A stretch of DNA of 64,000 bases, taken from the NCBI GenBank assembly GCA_017620395.1, contig JAFZQJ010000032.1:21594-85593 (forward strand), read 5' to 3'. Numbering within the stretch: the first letter of the stretch is position 1; the number at the start of each line of letters is the position of its first letter. Below, piece after piece: positions 31,005-38,737 of the stretch. Under the pieces are notes generated by a model. The model saw only the letters and a list, made by a program, of their open reading frames with translations. It did no database searches and was not told the origin of the DNA. This DNA comes from Clostridia bacterium (GTDB taxonomy: Bacteria; Bacillota; Clostridia; Oscillospirales; RGIG8002). The position numbers and the translations under genes are program-made.

Positions 31005-33755
31005 TTACTTATGCGAGGACGACAGCACCAGCACGGGCAGCGTCCAGAAGAGCGCGTAGATGAGTATTTTCCACGCTTCTATCGCCGACGGCGTCGACGC
31101 GAACGAGAAGACCGCGACGAAGATCAGGCCTATCACCGCCGAGGCGATCAGCGCCGCTATGTTGAACGCAACGCTGCCCTTCAGCTTGGAGGCGCAGACC
31201 GCCGCTTCGGGCAGGGCGCAGCAGTCGTCGCCGACGACGACGCCGGCGGGAAGGCTCCGCGCCTTCTTATACCTGCGCTCGAGACGGTCGAGCGCGCGGG
31301 CGCTGATGACCTTCACGGTCGCGTTGCTGAGCTTCATGCGGTTGGAAAGTATTTCTTTGGTAACGTTGGTGTCCTTCGTCGCGATGAGCAGCGTCAGACC
31401 GGAGTCCTCGGCGCGGCGCAGGCGGCGCTTGGCAACGTCCGCGATGCCGTAGGTCACGACGTACATCGCGCACAGCTGCATATCGGCAGCGAGGTAGAAG
31501 ACGTGGCGGTCGCCTCCGGAAACCTTCGATTCGTAGGCGGAGGACGGCACGGGGATCTGGTACGCCTTCATAAAGTCGCGGCTGCCGAGCAGAAGCTCCC
31601 TGCCCTGACTGCGGCAGACGACGCCCATTTCGTCGACGTATTCGATGCTGTCTATCTCGCGCAGGATGGACTTATCCGCGACGCTTCCTTCGAAGACCTT
31701 GCCGAGCGCTCCGCCGGCGGCGTTCAGCACGCTGACGGTGTCGGCGATGACGCCGTCCATCGGCGCGTTGTTGAAAAGGCTCATGCCGTGCAGGATTATC
31801 GATTTATCCGGGAAAACGTCGGTGTCTGAAACAACGATGCCGTTCGCCTCCGCGATGGTAACCGCGGCGTCGAAGTTGAGTATCGCGCCTCCCTTGCGAT
31901 TGAGGCGGCGGTTTATGCGCGTCAGCGGCAGAACGGTGACGAAAATGCTCATAAGAGGCGTTCCCGCACAAAGCGCGGCGGTGAACACCGAGAGCGCGAC
32001 GCCAACGGACGCTCCCCTCCACACAGCGGAAACGAGAGCTATCAGCAACGCGGCGGCGGCCGCTCCGATGAAGAGTTTTCCGACGGAATTATCGGCGTCG
32101 CTCTCCTTTGAGGAGGCTTCGACCACGCCGACTACTGCGTCGGTGCGGTGCGGCGCGCAGAGGCGGGCTTCGCCGGAGATCTGTCCTCCGGAAACGTCCT
32201 CCGCGAGCTCCTCGTCGTCCACCATTACGGCGGCGGCAAGCTGCTTTCGCTCGCTGACGAATTTCATATTGCCGCGTATGTGGCGCACCATCTGAAGGTC
32301 GCCGAGCCGTATGAACAGCAGCATCACGGCGGGCAGGAAGTTATATACTCCGACCGTTCCCTCGGATATATAAGAAGGATTTATCATAAGGGCGATATTC
32401 TGTATCACCGCGACGGCGGTGCATATCACCGCCGCGGATTCCGCACGGAATTTCAGCGTCCTGATTTGCTCGAACGCACGCTTTACGAACGGAATGCTGA
32501 ACGCAAGCGTAAGCATACTGACCGCGGCGCTGATGAAGAGATAGACGACGGCGATGTCGCGCTCGGTCGCCGCGGATTCGGATTTCAGCGCGAAGACGTC
32601 GATGATAAGCAGCAGCAGTGCGCACGCTCCGAGGAAAACGGATTTCAGCACGCCGTCGCTGCGGCGGGCGCGGAGCTCCTCCTCGACAAGGTAGTAGTCG
32701 TCCGGCTCGCCGTGGTATTCGGCCTCCTCGTCCGGCGCGGTCTCCTCCGGCTCGGGCATGTTGTAAGTCTTGCGGACGTTTTCTCTGATATTGTTCTCAA
32801 CGCTCTCCTTGAAGCCCGCGGCGACGGCGTCGGCGTCGGCCTTCTCCGCCGGTGGCTCCTTGGCGTTTGTCATCACGTTCACCGGCCCGGCGCCTTCGAA
32901 GAAGAGCTGATCCGGCTCGGCCTCGCTGTTGCGCGGCCTGCGGGGAGCGCGTTTCTTCGGCGTCTCCTCCTTGACCGGCGGCGCGAATATCACGGTGCCG
33001 CCCTCGACCTTCGGCTCACCGCCTTCCTCGACGGCGACTGCGTATTCCTCGGGCTGCGCCTCGATCTCTATGGTGCTGAAAAGCTTCAGACTGCGCGTAT
33101 CCTCGAGCGACGGGCGCTTTTTCTTCACAGACGGCACGCGGACGGTCGCGGCGGTTTCCGGCTCCGGAATCGGCGCGGACGCGGGCTTTTCTTCCGCCGC
33201 GGGCGCGGCTTTCGCCTCCGCCGCGGGCGCGGGACTGTCATTCCGAGGAGCCGCCGGCGACGGGGAATCCCCTTCCGCTTGCAGACGCTCCGCTTGAGGT
33301 GCGGGATCCTTCGCTTCGCTCAGGATGACAGGCGTTTCCGCGGGCGCTTTCACGGGCTCGGGGGCGGGCTTCGCTTCGGCAGGGATGACCGGCGCGAACG
33401 AAAGCTCCGGTTCCGGCGCATGCGCGAGTCTCGCGCTGTCATTCCGAGAAGGATGCGAAGCCTCCGACGAGGAATCCCCATCCTTTTGCAGAGATTCTGC
33501 GGAAGGCGTGGGATCCTTCACTTCGTTCAGGATGACAGGCGCCTTAGCGGGTTCGGGCTCAGGCTTGGGTTCGGGTTTCAGCTCGGGTTTGGGCTCAGGC
33601 TTGGGTTCGGGCTTCGCGAACGGCACGGCCTTATCGCCCTCCACCTCGCGCAGGATATCGTCCAGCGAGAAGGTGCGGTCGACAGGCACTCCCGAATAGT
33701 CCTTCGAGGGCACGCCTAACTTTTCAAGATATTCCCTTTCTCTTTCCTTGCTCAT
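31005..33755 (-). CDS. P-type-ATPase homologue with degenerate catalytic motifs and a roughly 370-aa Pro/Glu/Ala-rich N-terminal extension
   Basis: GGAGGG RBS. The ATG overlaps the rlmB stop (ATGA). The C-terminal half aligns by eye with P1B ATPases (CAGTPL for CPC, GIVVSDTDVF for VVFDKTGTLT, ATKDTN for TGDN, VVVGDDCCALPEAA for MVGDGINDAPALA). No TGES motif. Confidence 0.6.
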   Translation of the reverse strand: MSKEREREYLEKLGVPSKDYSGVPVDRTFSLDDILREVEGDKAVPFAKPEPKPEPKPELKPEPKPEPEPAKAPVILNEVKDPTPSAESLQKDGDSSSEASHPSRNDSARLAHAPEPELSFAPVIPAEAKPAPEPVKAPAETPVILSEAKDPAPQAERLQAEGDSPSPAAPRNDSPAPAAEAKAAPAAEEKPASAPIPEPETAATVRVPSVKKKRPSLEDTRSLKLFSTIEIEAQPEEYAVAVEEGGEPKVEGGTVIFAPPVKEETPKKRAPRRPRNSEAEPDQLFFEGAGPVNVMTNAKEPPAEKADADAVAAGFKESVENNIRENVRKTYNMPEPEETAPDEEAEYHGEPDDYYLVEEELRARRSDGVLKSVFLGACALLLLIIDVFALKSESAATERDIAVVYLFISAAVSMLTLAFSIPFVKRAFEQIRTLKFRAESAAVICTAVAVIQNIALMINPSYISEGTVGVYNFLPAVMLLFIRLGDLQMVRHIRGNMKFVSERKQLAAAVMVDDEELAEDVSGGQISGEARLCAPHRTDAVVGVVEASSKESDADNSVGKLFIGAAAAALLIALVSAVWRGASVGVALSVFTAALCAGTPLMSIFVTVLPLTRINRRLNRKGGAILNFDAAVTIAEANGIVVSDTDVFPDKSIILHGMSLFNNAPMDGVIADTVSVLNAAGGALGKVFEGSVADKSILREIDSIEYVDEMGVVCRSQGRELLLGSRDFMKAYQIPVPSSAYESKVSGGDRHVFYLAADMQLCAMYVVTYGIADVAKRRLRRAEDSGLTLLIATKDTNVTKEILSNRMKLSNATVKVISARALDRLERRYKKARSLPAGVVVGDDCCALPEAAVCASKLKGSVAFNIAALIASAVIGLIFVAVFSFASTPSAIEAWKILIYALFWTLPVLVLSSSHK
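33234..33330. repeat. long family B-type element (about 97 nt, 13-nt terminal inverted repeats) inside CDS 31005-33755
   Basis: CTGTCATTCCGAG ... GGGATCCTTCGCTTCGCTCAGGATGACAG. Translated in frame as PVILSEAKDPAPQAERLQAEGDSPSPAAPRNDS. Confidence 0.75.
33436..33538. repeat. second long family B-type element inside CDS 31005-33755
   Basis: CTGTCATTCCGAG ... GGGATCCTTCACTTCGTTCAGGATGACAG. Translated as PVILNEVKDPTPSAESLQKDGDSSSEASHPSRNDS. Confidence 0.75.
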
Positions 33756-34489
33756 TTGCGTCCCTCCATGAAAAGATACATCAGAATTCCGGCGGCGACC
33801 GAAGCGTTGAGCGACTCTATATCGCCGCGCATCGGGATCGAAAGCATAACGTCGCAGTTTTCGCGCACGAGGCGGGAGATGCCGTCCCCCTCCGCGCCGA
33901 TGACGAGCGCGGCCGCGCCCGAAAGATCGACGTCGCCGTCGACCGAAACGCCCTCCGCATCGGCTCCGTAAACCCAGAGCCCGCGTTTTTTAAGTTCCTT
34001 CAGCGTTTCGGTTATATTAGTCACGCGGACGACCGGCGTATGCCAGACAGCGCCCGCCGACGCTTTTGAAACCACGGCTGTAAGCCCCGCCGCGCCCCGC
34101 TTCGGCACTATGACTCCGTGCGCTCCGAAAAGGTTGGCACTGCGGATGATGCTGCCGAGGTTGTGCGGGTCCTCGATGCCGTCGCAGACGATTATGAAGG
34201 GCGGCTCGCCCTTCTCCTCGGCGCGTTTGAAGACGTCCTCGAGGGTGGAATACTCGGCGTCCGCGAGAAGCGCGACGACGCCCTGGTTTTTGCTGCCGTA
34301 TTTTTCAAGCTTGCGGCGGTCGACGTTTTTCAGCGGCACGCCCGCTTCGCGGCAGAGCCGCCGGAGCAGCGAAACCTCCGATTCCGAAACGCCGTTGGCA
34401 ACGTATACGCACTGTACGCTCTCGCCCGCTTTCATCGCTTCCGCGACCGCGTTTCTGCCGAGGGCGACGCGCTGTTCAAAATCCGCCAT
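33752..34489 (-). CDS. rlmB: 23S rRNA (guanosine-2'-O)-methyltransferase, TrmH/SpoU family
   Basis: N-terminal substrate-binding domain plus SpoU motifs (DGIEDPHNLGSIIRSA, VIGAEGDGIS, IPMRGDIESLNASVAAGI). Confidence 0.8.
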   Translation of the reverse strand: MADFEQRVALGRNAVAEAMKAGESVQCVYVANGVSESEVSLLRRLCREAGVPLKNVDRRKLEKYGSKNQGVVALLADAEYSTLEDVFKRAEEKGEPPFIIVCDGIEDPHNLGSIIRSANLFGAHGVIVPKRGAAGLTAVVSKASAGAVWHTPVVRVTNITETLKELKKRGLWVYGADAEGVSVDGDVDLSGAAALVIGAEGDGISRLVRENCDVMLSIPMRGDIESLNASVAAGILMYLFMEGRK

Positions 34490-34721
34490 TATCTCACCTC
34501 TGCATGACCGGCGACGGTCAAAACACTACATATTGTGGGATTATATATCATCGATTTTAATTGTACCATATATATCGTCAAAGATAAAGCGTTTTTTATC
34601 AACTTTTTGAAAAAAATTACAAATGATATTGCGGTATCGGCCGGCGGGGGTTATACTTATCGGTAACGGTTGAAAAACGCCTCTCCCGAAAGGGCGTAAA
34701 ACGCTTTACGGAGGTATGCTT

Positions 34722-35207
34722 ATGCCCACGCTGAATATCGTTCTGGTCGAGCCGGAGATCCCGCAGAACACCGGCAACGTCGCACGCACCTGCGCCGCGA
34801 CAGGCTGCCGCCTGCACCTCGTCGGCCCGATGGGCTTCAAAATCGACGACGCGAAGCTGAAGCGCGCCGGACTCGACTACTGGCCGCTGCTCGACGTCAC
34901 GTATTACGGCTCGCTCGGCGAATTCCTCGCCGAGTGCGGCGGCGAACGTTTCCTGTTCTCCACGAAGGCGCCCCGCGCCTATACCGAGGTCGAGTATCCC
35001 GACGGCGCGTGGCTGATCTTCGGCCGCGAGACGAAGGGCCTGACCGAGGAGCTGCTCGAGCGCGAACGCGACCGCTGCGTCCGTATCCCGATGATAAGCG
35101 AGGCGCGTTCGCTCAACCTCTCCAACTCCGTCGCCGTCGGCGTATTCGAGGCGCTGCGGCAGTGGGGTTTCCCGAAGCTGAAAAACTTCGGTAAAATGGC
35201 GGAGTGA
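34722..35207 (+). CDS. trmL: tRNA (cytidine/uridine34-2'-O)-methyltransferase
   Basis: LVEPEIPQNTGNVARTC, FGRETKGL and IPMISEARSLNLSNSVAV motifs. The second ATG (34722) is 7 nt from GGAGG. The ORF-track ATG at 34716 is only 1 nt from the RBS. Confidence 0.8.
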   Translation: MPTLNIVLVEPEIPQNTGNVARTCAATGCRLHLVGPMGFKIDDAKLKRAGLDYWPLLDVTYYGSLGEFLAECGGERFLFSTKAPRAYTEVEYPDGAWLIFGRETKGLTEELLERERDRCVRIPMISEARSLNLSNSVAVGVFEALRQWGFPKLKNFGKMAE

Positions 35208-35325
35208 CGCCCTTTTCTCTGCGCTTTCGCGGCGCGGAAAATAATGCTTTATTTTTCTTTTCTCTTGTGCTATAATGTAAGAAGTGGAAGATGCATAATC
35301 ACGCAAACGAAGGGAAGTGTGCGCT

Positions 35326-36090
35326 TTGGGCAGAATAATAGCGGTCGCAAACCAGAAGGGCGGCGTCGGCAAGACGACCACCGCCGTCAATCTTGCCGCC
35401 GCGCTTGCGCTTTGCGGGAAAAAGACTCTGCTTGCGGACATCGACCCGCAGGGGCACGCCACGGTCAGCTGCGGCATCGGCAAAAAGGAACTCGCAGCAA
35501 CCGTTTACGACGTGCTGATAGGCGGAGCGAAAGCCGCCGACGCCATAATCTGTACGGAAGAGGGCCGTCCGGACCTGCTGCCCGCCACCGTCGACCTTGC
35601 CGGTGCGGAGCTCGAGCTGGCAGCTCTTGAAAAACGCGAATCGCGCCTGCGCGACGCGCTCAATCTCATCCGCGGCGATTACGACTATATTATCATCGAT
35701 TCTCCCCCGGCGCTCGGGCTGCTGAACCTCAACGGGCTCGTTGCGGCGGACGCCGTTCTCGTGCCGCTGCAGACGGAGTTCTTCGCGCTGGACGGACTTT
35801 CTCAACTCATGGCGACGATACGCCTCGTGCGGCGCGGGCTCAACCCTTCGCTCGACCTCGAGGGCGTGCTGCTGACGATGTACAACAGCCAGCTCAACCT
35901 CACCAACCAGGTCGCCGCGGAGGTCAAAAAGTTCTTCCCGCGCAAGGTGTTCAAAACCGTCATTCCGCGCACCGTGCGGCTCAGCGAAGCACCGGGCTTC
36001 GGCAAGAACATATTTGAGTACGACCGCAACTCCAAGGGCGCGCTCGCCTATATGGAGCTTGCGAAAGAGATAATCGCGAACGACAGGTAG
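35326..36090 (+). CDS. soj: ParA/Soj chromosome-partitioning ATPase
   Basis: Deviant Walker A IAVANQKGGVGKTTT. The start is uncertain between TTG 35326 (gives the canonical MGRIIAV N-terminus) and GTG 35317 (ORF track). Confidence 0.85.
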   Translation: MGRIIAVANQKGGVGKTTTAVNLAAALALCGKKTLLADIDPQGHATVSCGIGKKELAATVYDVLIGGAKAADAIICTEEGRPDLLPATVDLAGAELELAALEKRESRLRDALNLIRGDYDYIIIDSPPALGLLNLNGLVAADAVLVPLQTEFFALDGLSQLMATIRLVRRGLNPSLDLEGVLLTMYNSQLNLTNQVAAEVKKFFPRKVFKTVIPRTVRLSEAPGFGKNIFEYDRNSKGALAYMELAKEIIANDR

Positions 36091-36141
36091 CGATATGCGC
36101 GTTATGCGCACGATGTGTCCCTTCGGGACGAGAGTTCGGCT
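36091..36141 (+). repeat. 51-nt direct repeat, left copy (starts 1 nt after the soj stop)
   Basis: CGATATGCGCGTTATGCGCACGATGTGTCCCTTCGGGACGAGAGTTCGGCT. 50/51 identical to 36699-36749. Confidence 0.9.
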
Positions 36142-36270
36142 AGCCGAACTCTCACGCGAGCGTCAGCGAGCGTATATCGTATTTGCAAAGCAAATATATC
36201 GCATCGCGAAGGCGATATATCGCGTTTGCGACGCAAACATATCGCATCGCCGAAGGCGATATATCCCGGA
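36142..36270. repeat. array of family E modules (ATATCGC word + 6-bp-stem hairpin, period about 22-26 nt)
   Basis: Hairpins GAGTTCGGC/GCCGAACTC, ATTTGC/GCAAAT, ATCGC/GCGAT, GTTTGC/GCAAAC and ATCGCC/GGCGAT, separated by (T)ATATCG(C/T). Confidence 0.75.
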
Positions 36271-36282
36271 AAGGATAATTGA

Positions 36283-36627
36283 ATGAGCGCAAAAACAATT
36301 AAAGATCTCTCCGTCGAACTAACGGTTGAAATAACCGAACTTTGCGAAACGGTAAAAGCTAAAGCCGTATATGCAAATCAGCTGTTGCGTTCCTGTTCTT
36401 CAATCGGCGCTAACGTGCACGAAGCGAAATACGCTCATAGCCGCGCCGACTTCATCAACAAACTTGAAATCGCCCTGAAAGAATGCCACGAAACTGAGTA
36501 CTGGATTGAAATACTGCATAATACTCATTCGTTTTCTGATGAGCAGTATAAGAAAACATCTGAAAAATGCGGCTTAATACGCCGCAAACTTATAGCATCC
36601 ATCACAACGGCAAAGAAAAACGCATAA
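36283..36627 (+). CDS. four-helix-bundle protein (23S rRNA intervening-sequence protein family)
   Basis: 114 aa with the LLRSCSSIGANVHEAKYAHSRADFINKLEIALKECHETEYWIEIL core typical of the family. About 40 % GC by eye against more than 60 % in the neighbours. AAGGA RBS. Confidence 0.8.
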   Translation: MSAKTIKDLSVELTVEITELCETVKAKAVYANQLLRSCSSIGANVHEAKYAHSRADFINKLEIALKECHETEYWIEILHNTHSFSDEQYKKTSEKCGLIRRKLIASITTAKKNA

Positions 36628-36698
36628 GCGATATAAATCCCTATGGGATTAGCGATATAGATTCCTTCGGAATCTACGATATGTTTGCTTCGCAAACG
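36628..36698. repeat. array of family E modules in the opposite word orientation (GCGATAT + hairpin)
   Basis: AATCCC/GGGATT, GATTCC/GGAATC and GTTTGC/GCAAAC hairpins separated by (A/G)CGATAT. Confidence 0.75.
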
Positions 36699-36749
36699 CG
36701 ATATGCGCATTATGCGCACGATGTGTCCCTTCGGGACGAGAGTTCGGCT
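36699..36749 (+). repeat. 51-nt direct repeat, right copy (27 nt upstream of the spo0J start)
   Basis: CGATATGCGCATTATGCGCACGATGTGTCCCTTCGGGACGAGAGTTCGGCT. Confidence 0.9.
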
Positions 36750-36775
36750 TCGCCGAACGCAGAAAGGAAAAACGT

Positions 36776-37636
36776 ATGGCTAAACTTACCGGACTCGGCA
36801 AAGGGCTCGACGCCCTCTTCGCCGAAAACACAGTTGACGAAAACGGCTATGAGCTGGTGAATATTGACGACATATCCCCCAACCGCGAACAGCCCCGCCG
36901 CGCCTTTGACGAGGAATCCCTCGCGGAGCTCGCTGATTCGATAAAACAGCGCGGGATACTCCAGCCGCTCATCATTCAGCCGACCGCGCTCGACGGCTAC
37001 GTCATAATCGCGGGCGAACGCCGCTGGCGTGCCGCTCGTATGGCGGGGCTCGCGAAGGTGCCGGCGATAATCCGCCGCCCCGACGCGCACGAGGCCGCCG
37101 TCATCGCTCTCATCGAAAACCTCCAGCGCGAAGACCTCAATCCGGTCGAGACCGCCGAGGGCTGCCGCAGGCTGATGGACGACCACGGACTGACTCAGGA
37201 GGCGCTCGCCGCCGAGCTCGGCAAACCCAGAAGCGCGATCGCGAACCTGCTTCGCATACTCGCGCTGCCCGCGGACGTGATCGAGCTCGTCCGCACGGAC
37301 AAGCTTTCGCTCGGTCACGCGAAGGCGCTCGCCGCGCTGCCCGCGGAAGCCGCTTCGGCGCTCGCTTCGCGCTGCGCAGCGGAGGGACTTTCCGTCCGCG
37401 CCTGCGAAGAGCTGGCGAAGGCCGCCGGCAAGCCCGCGAAAAAGTCTGCTCCCAAGCCCGTTTCGCGCACCGCGCTTATAGTAGAATCCGAAAAAGTACT
37501 GAAGGAAAAGCTCGGCCGCAGGGTAACCATAAGCGGCAGCGATAAAAAAGGCAAGCTCACCGTCGACTACTGCGGCGAGGGCGATCTGATCGACCTCGTC
37601 AACCGCCTTTCCGGGAACGGAGATGATCGCAGATGA
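36776..37636 (+). CDS. spo0J: ParB/Spo0J chromosome-partitioning protein
   Basis: [25 protein letters not shown] and [10 protein letters not shown] motifs. Confidence 0.9.
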   Translation: MAKLTGLGKGLDALFAENTVDENGYELVNIDDISPNREQPRRAFDEESLAELADSIKQRGILQPLIIQPTALDGYVIIAGERRWRAARMAGLAKVPAIIRRPDAHEAAVIALIENLQREDLNPVETAEGCRRLMDDHGLTQEALAAELGKPRSAIANLLRILALPADVIELVRTDKLSLGHAKALAALPAEAASALASRCAAEGLSVRACEELAKAAGKPAKKSAPKPVSRTALIVESEKVLKEKLGRRVTISGSDKKGKLTVDYCGEGDLIDLVNRLSGNGDDRR

Positions 37637-38085
37637 CCGAAGAAAAAAAGAAGTCCGTTATGGCTGTAGTCATCTACGGCGCGGTACTTTTCGTCGTCGC
37701 GGCGCTGCTGATAACGATGTCGATAATCATCAACGTCCGCAATACCGAGCGGCTCGAAAACCAAGTCGACGTCACCCAGCAGGGCGCGGAACGCGCGCAA
37801 ACCACGCTTGTCAACATCCAGGAGGAGAACGAGGCTCTCCGCAAGCTTATCAACGAAGCCAACGCACGCGTCGACGAGATAAAGGCGCAGAACGAGGAGC
37901 TTTCCTCGCCGGCGGAGGCCGACGCCGCGCACATAGCGTCCCTCGACGCTCTTGCAGCGGCCGGGATGCACATTATCAACGGCAAGTTTTCACTCGCCCG
38001 CGAGCAGCTTGATCTCGTGAACGTCGAGCTGTTGACGGAGGATGAACTCGCCGCCTACGAGCGGATGTATTCTCGCGTGCACTGA
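37633..38085 (+). CDS. membrane-anchored coiled-coil protein, function unknown
   Basis: ATGA overlap with spo0J. One N-terminal TM (VMAVVIYGAVLFVVAALLITMSIII) followed by heptad-like helical sequence. Confidence 0.6.
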   Translation: MTEEKKKSVMAVVIYGAVLFVVAALLITMSIIINVRNTERLENQVDVTQQGAERAQTTLVNIQEENEALRKLINEANARVDEIKAQNEELSSPAEADAAHIASLDALAAAGMHIINGKFSLAREQLDLVNVELLTEDELAAYERMYSRVH

Positions 38086-38102
38086 TTTTTTGCAAAAAAG
38101 AC

Positions 38103-38131
38103 TTGATTTTTTCTCAAACGCGTGTTACAAT
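38103..38131 (+). promoter_or_regulatory. sigma-A promoter of the rimP-nusA-infB operon
   Basis: TTGATT (38103-38108), 17-nt spacer, TGtTACAAT extended -10 (38123-38131). A leader hairpin follows at about 38156-38192. Confidence 0.65.
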
Positions 38132-38220
38132 AACACCGTTAATGAAGGTTTTTGATTGAGAGTGGGTTTGCGCCCGCTCTCAAGCGTTTATTAAGAGTTA
38201 TTTTCCGGAGGCGCGAAGAG

Positions 38221-38670
38221 ATGGCGAATATCAAGGAGAAGGTGCTCCCGCTGGCGCGGAAGGCGGCCGCCGACTGCGGAGTCGAGCTGTGGGATCTCGA
38301 GTTCGTCCGCGAGGGCGGCGAATACTACCTGCGGCTCTATATCGACAGTCCGGACGGCGTCGGCATCGACGACTGCGAAGCCGTCAGCCGCGCAATCGAC
38401 CCGATGCTCGACGAGGCCGACCCCATCGAGCAGTCCTACAACCTCGAGGTTTCGTCGCCCGGCATCTTCCGCGAGCTGAAAACGCCGGAGCATTACGCAG
38501 CTTCCGTCGGAATGAACGTACGCGCCAAGCTTTACACCGCCGTTAACGGCAGCAAGGAGCTGATCGGCACGCTCGATTCCTTCGACGCCGACGGCTTCGT
38601 CATCGGCGGTACCGCGCTGCCGAAAAGCGCCGTCGCCTCCCTGCGTTGGCACGAAGAACTTGAGTTTTAG
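38221..38670 (+). CDS. rimP: ribosome maturation factor RimP
   Basis: ATG 38221 after GGAGG. YLRLYIDSPDGVGIDDCEAVSR and LEVSSPG motifs. Position upstream of nusA. Confidence 0.85.
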   Translation: MANIKEKVLPLARKAAADCGVELWDLEFVREGGEYYLRLYIDSPDGVGIDDCEAVSRAIDPMLDEADPIEQSYNLEVSSPGIFRELKTPEHYAASVGMNVRAKLYTAVNGSKELIGTLDSFDADGFVIGGTALPKSAVASLRWHEELEF

Positions 38671-38737
38671 CTTTTAATAACGGCCTTACGCCGGTCGACA
38701 TCACATATAAAGGAGAAAATCGAAAAGGAGCAAAACA

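Larger units (their letters stand above)
36091..36698 (+). mobile_element. putative 608-bp inserted cassette carrying the four-helix-bundle gene (mobility inferred only)
   Basis: One DR copy plus the intervening sequence. Low-GC gene in a high-GC core locus, between two genes that are normally adjacent. No recombinase present. Confidence 0.35.

Noticed and set aside
34617-35483. 288-codon minus-strand ORF spanning trmL and the soj promoter.
   Set aside because: It is antisense to trmL, crosses an AT-rich promoter region and shows no RBS or domain signal.
36142-36698. Possible CRISPR array, suggested by regularly spaced short repeats on both sides of a small gene.
   Set aside because: The period is only 22-26 nt, the constant part is 7-8 nt and the variable part is a self-complementary hairpin rather than a 30-40-nt unique spacer. 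No cas genes or leader are present. It is reported as a repeat family instead.
35208-37636. parS site (TGTTNCACGTGAAACA type) and DnaA boxes near soj-spo0J and in the AT-rich gap 34490-34715.
   Set aside because: I found no convincing match by eye. A near-miss TGTGGGATTA at about 34535 is not sufficient. A computational pattern search is needed.
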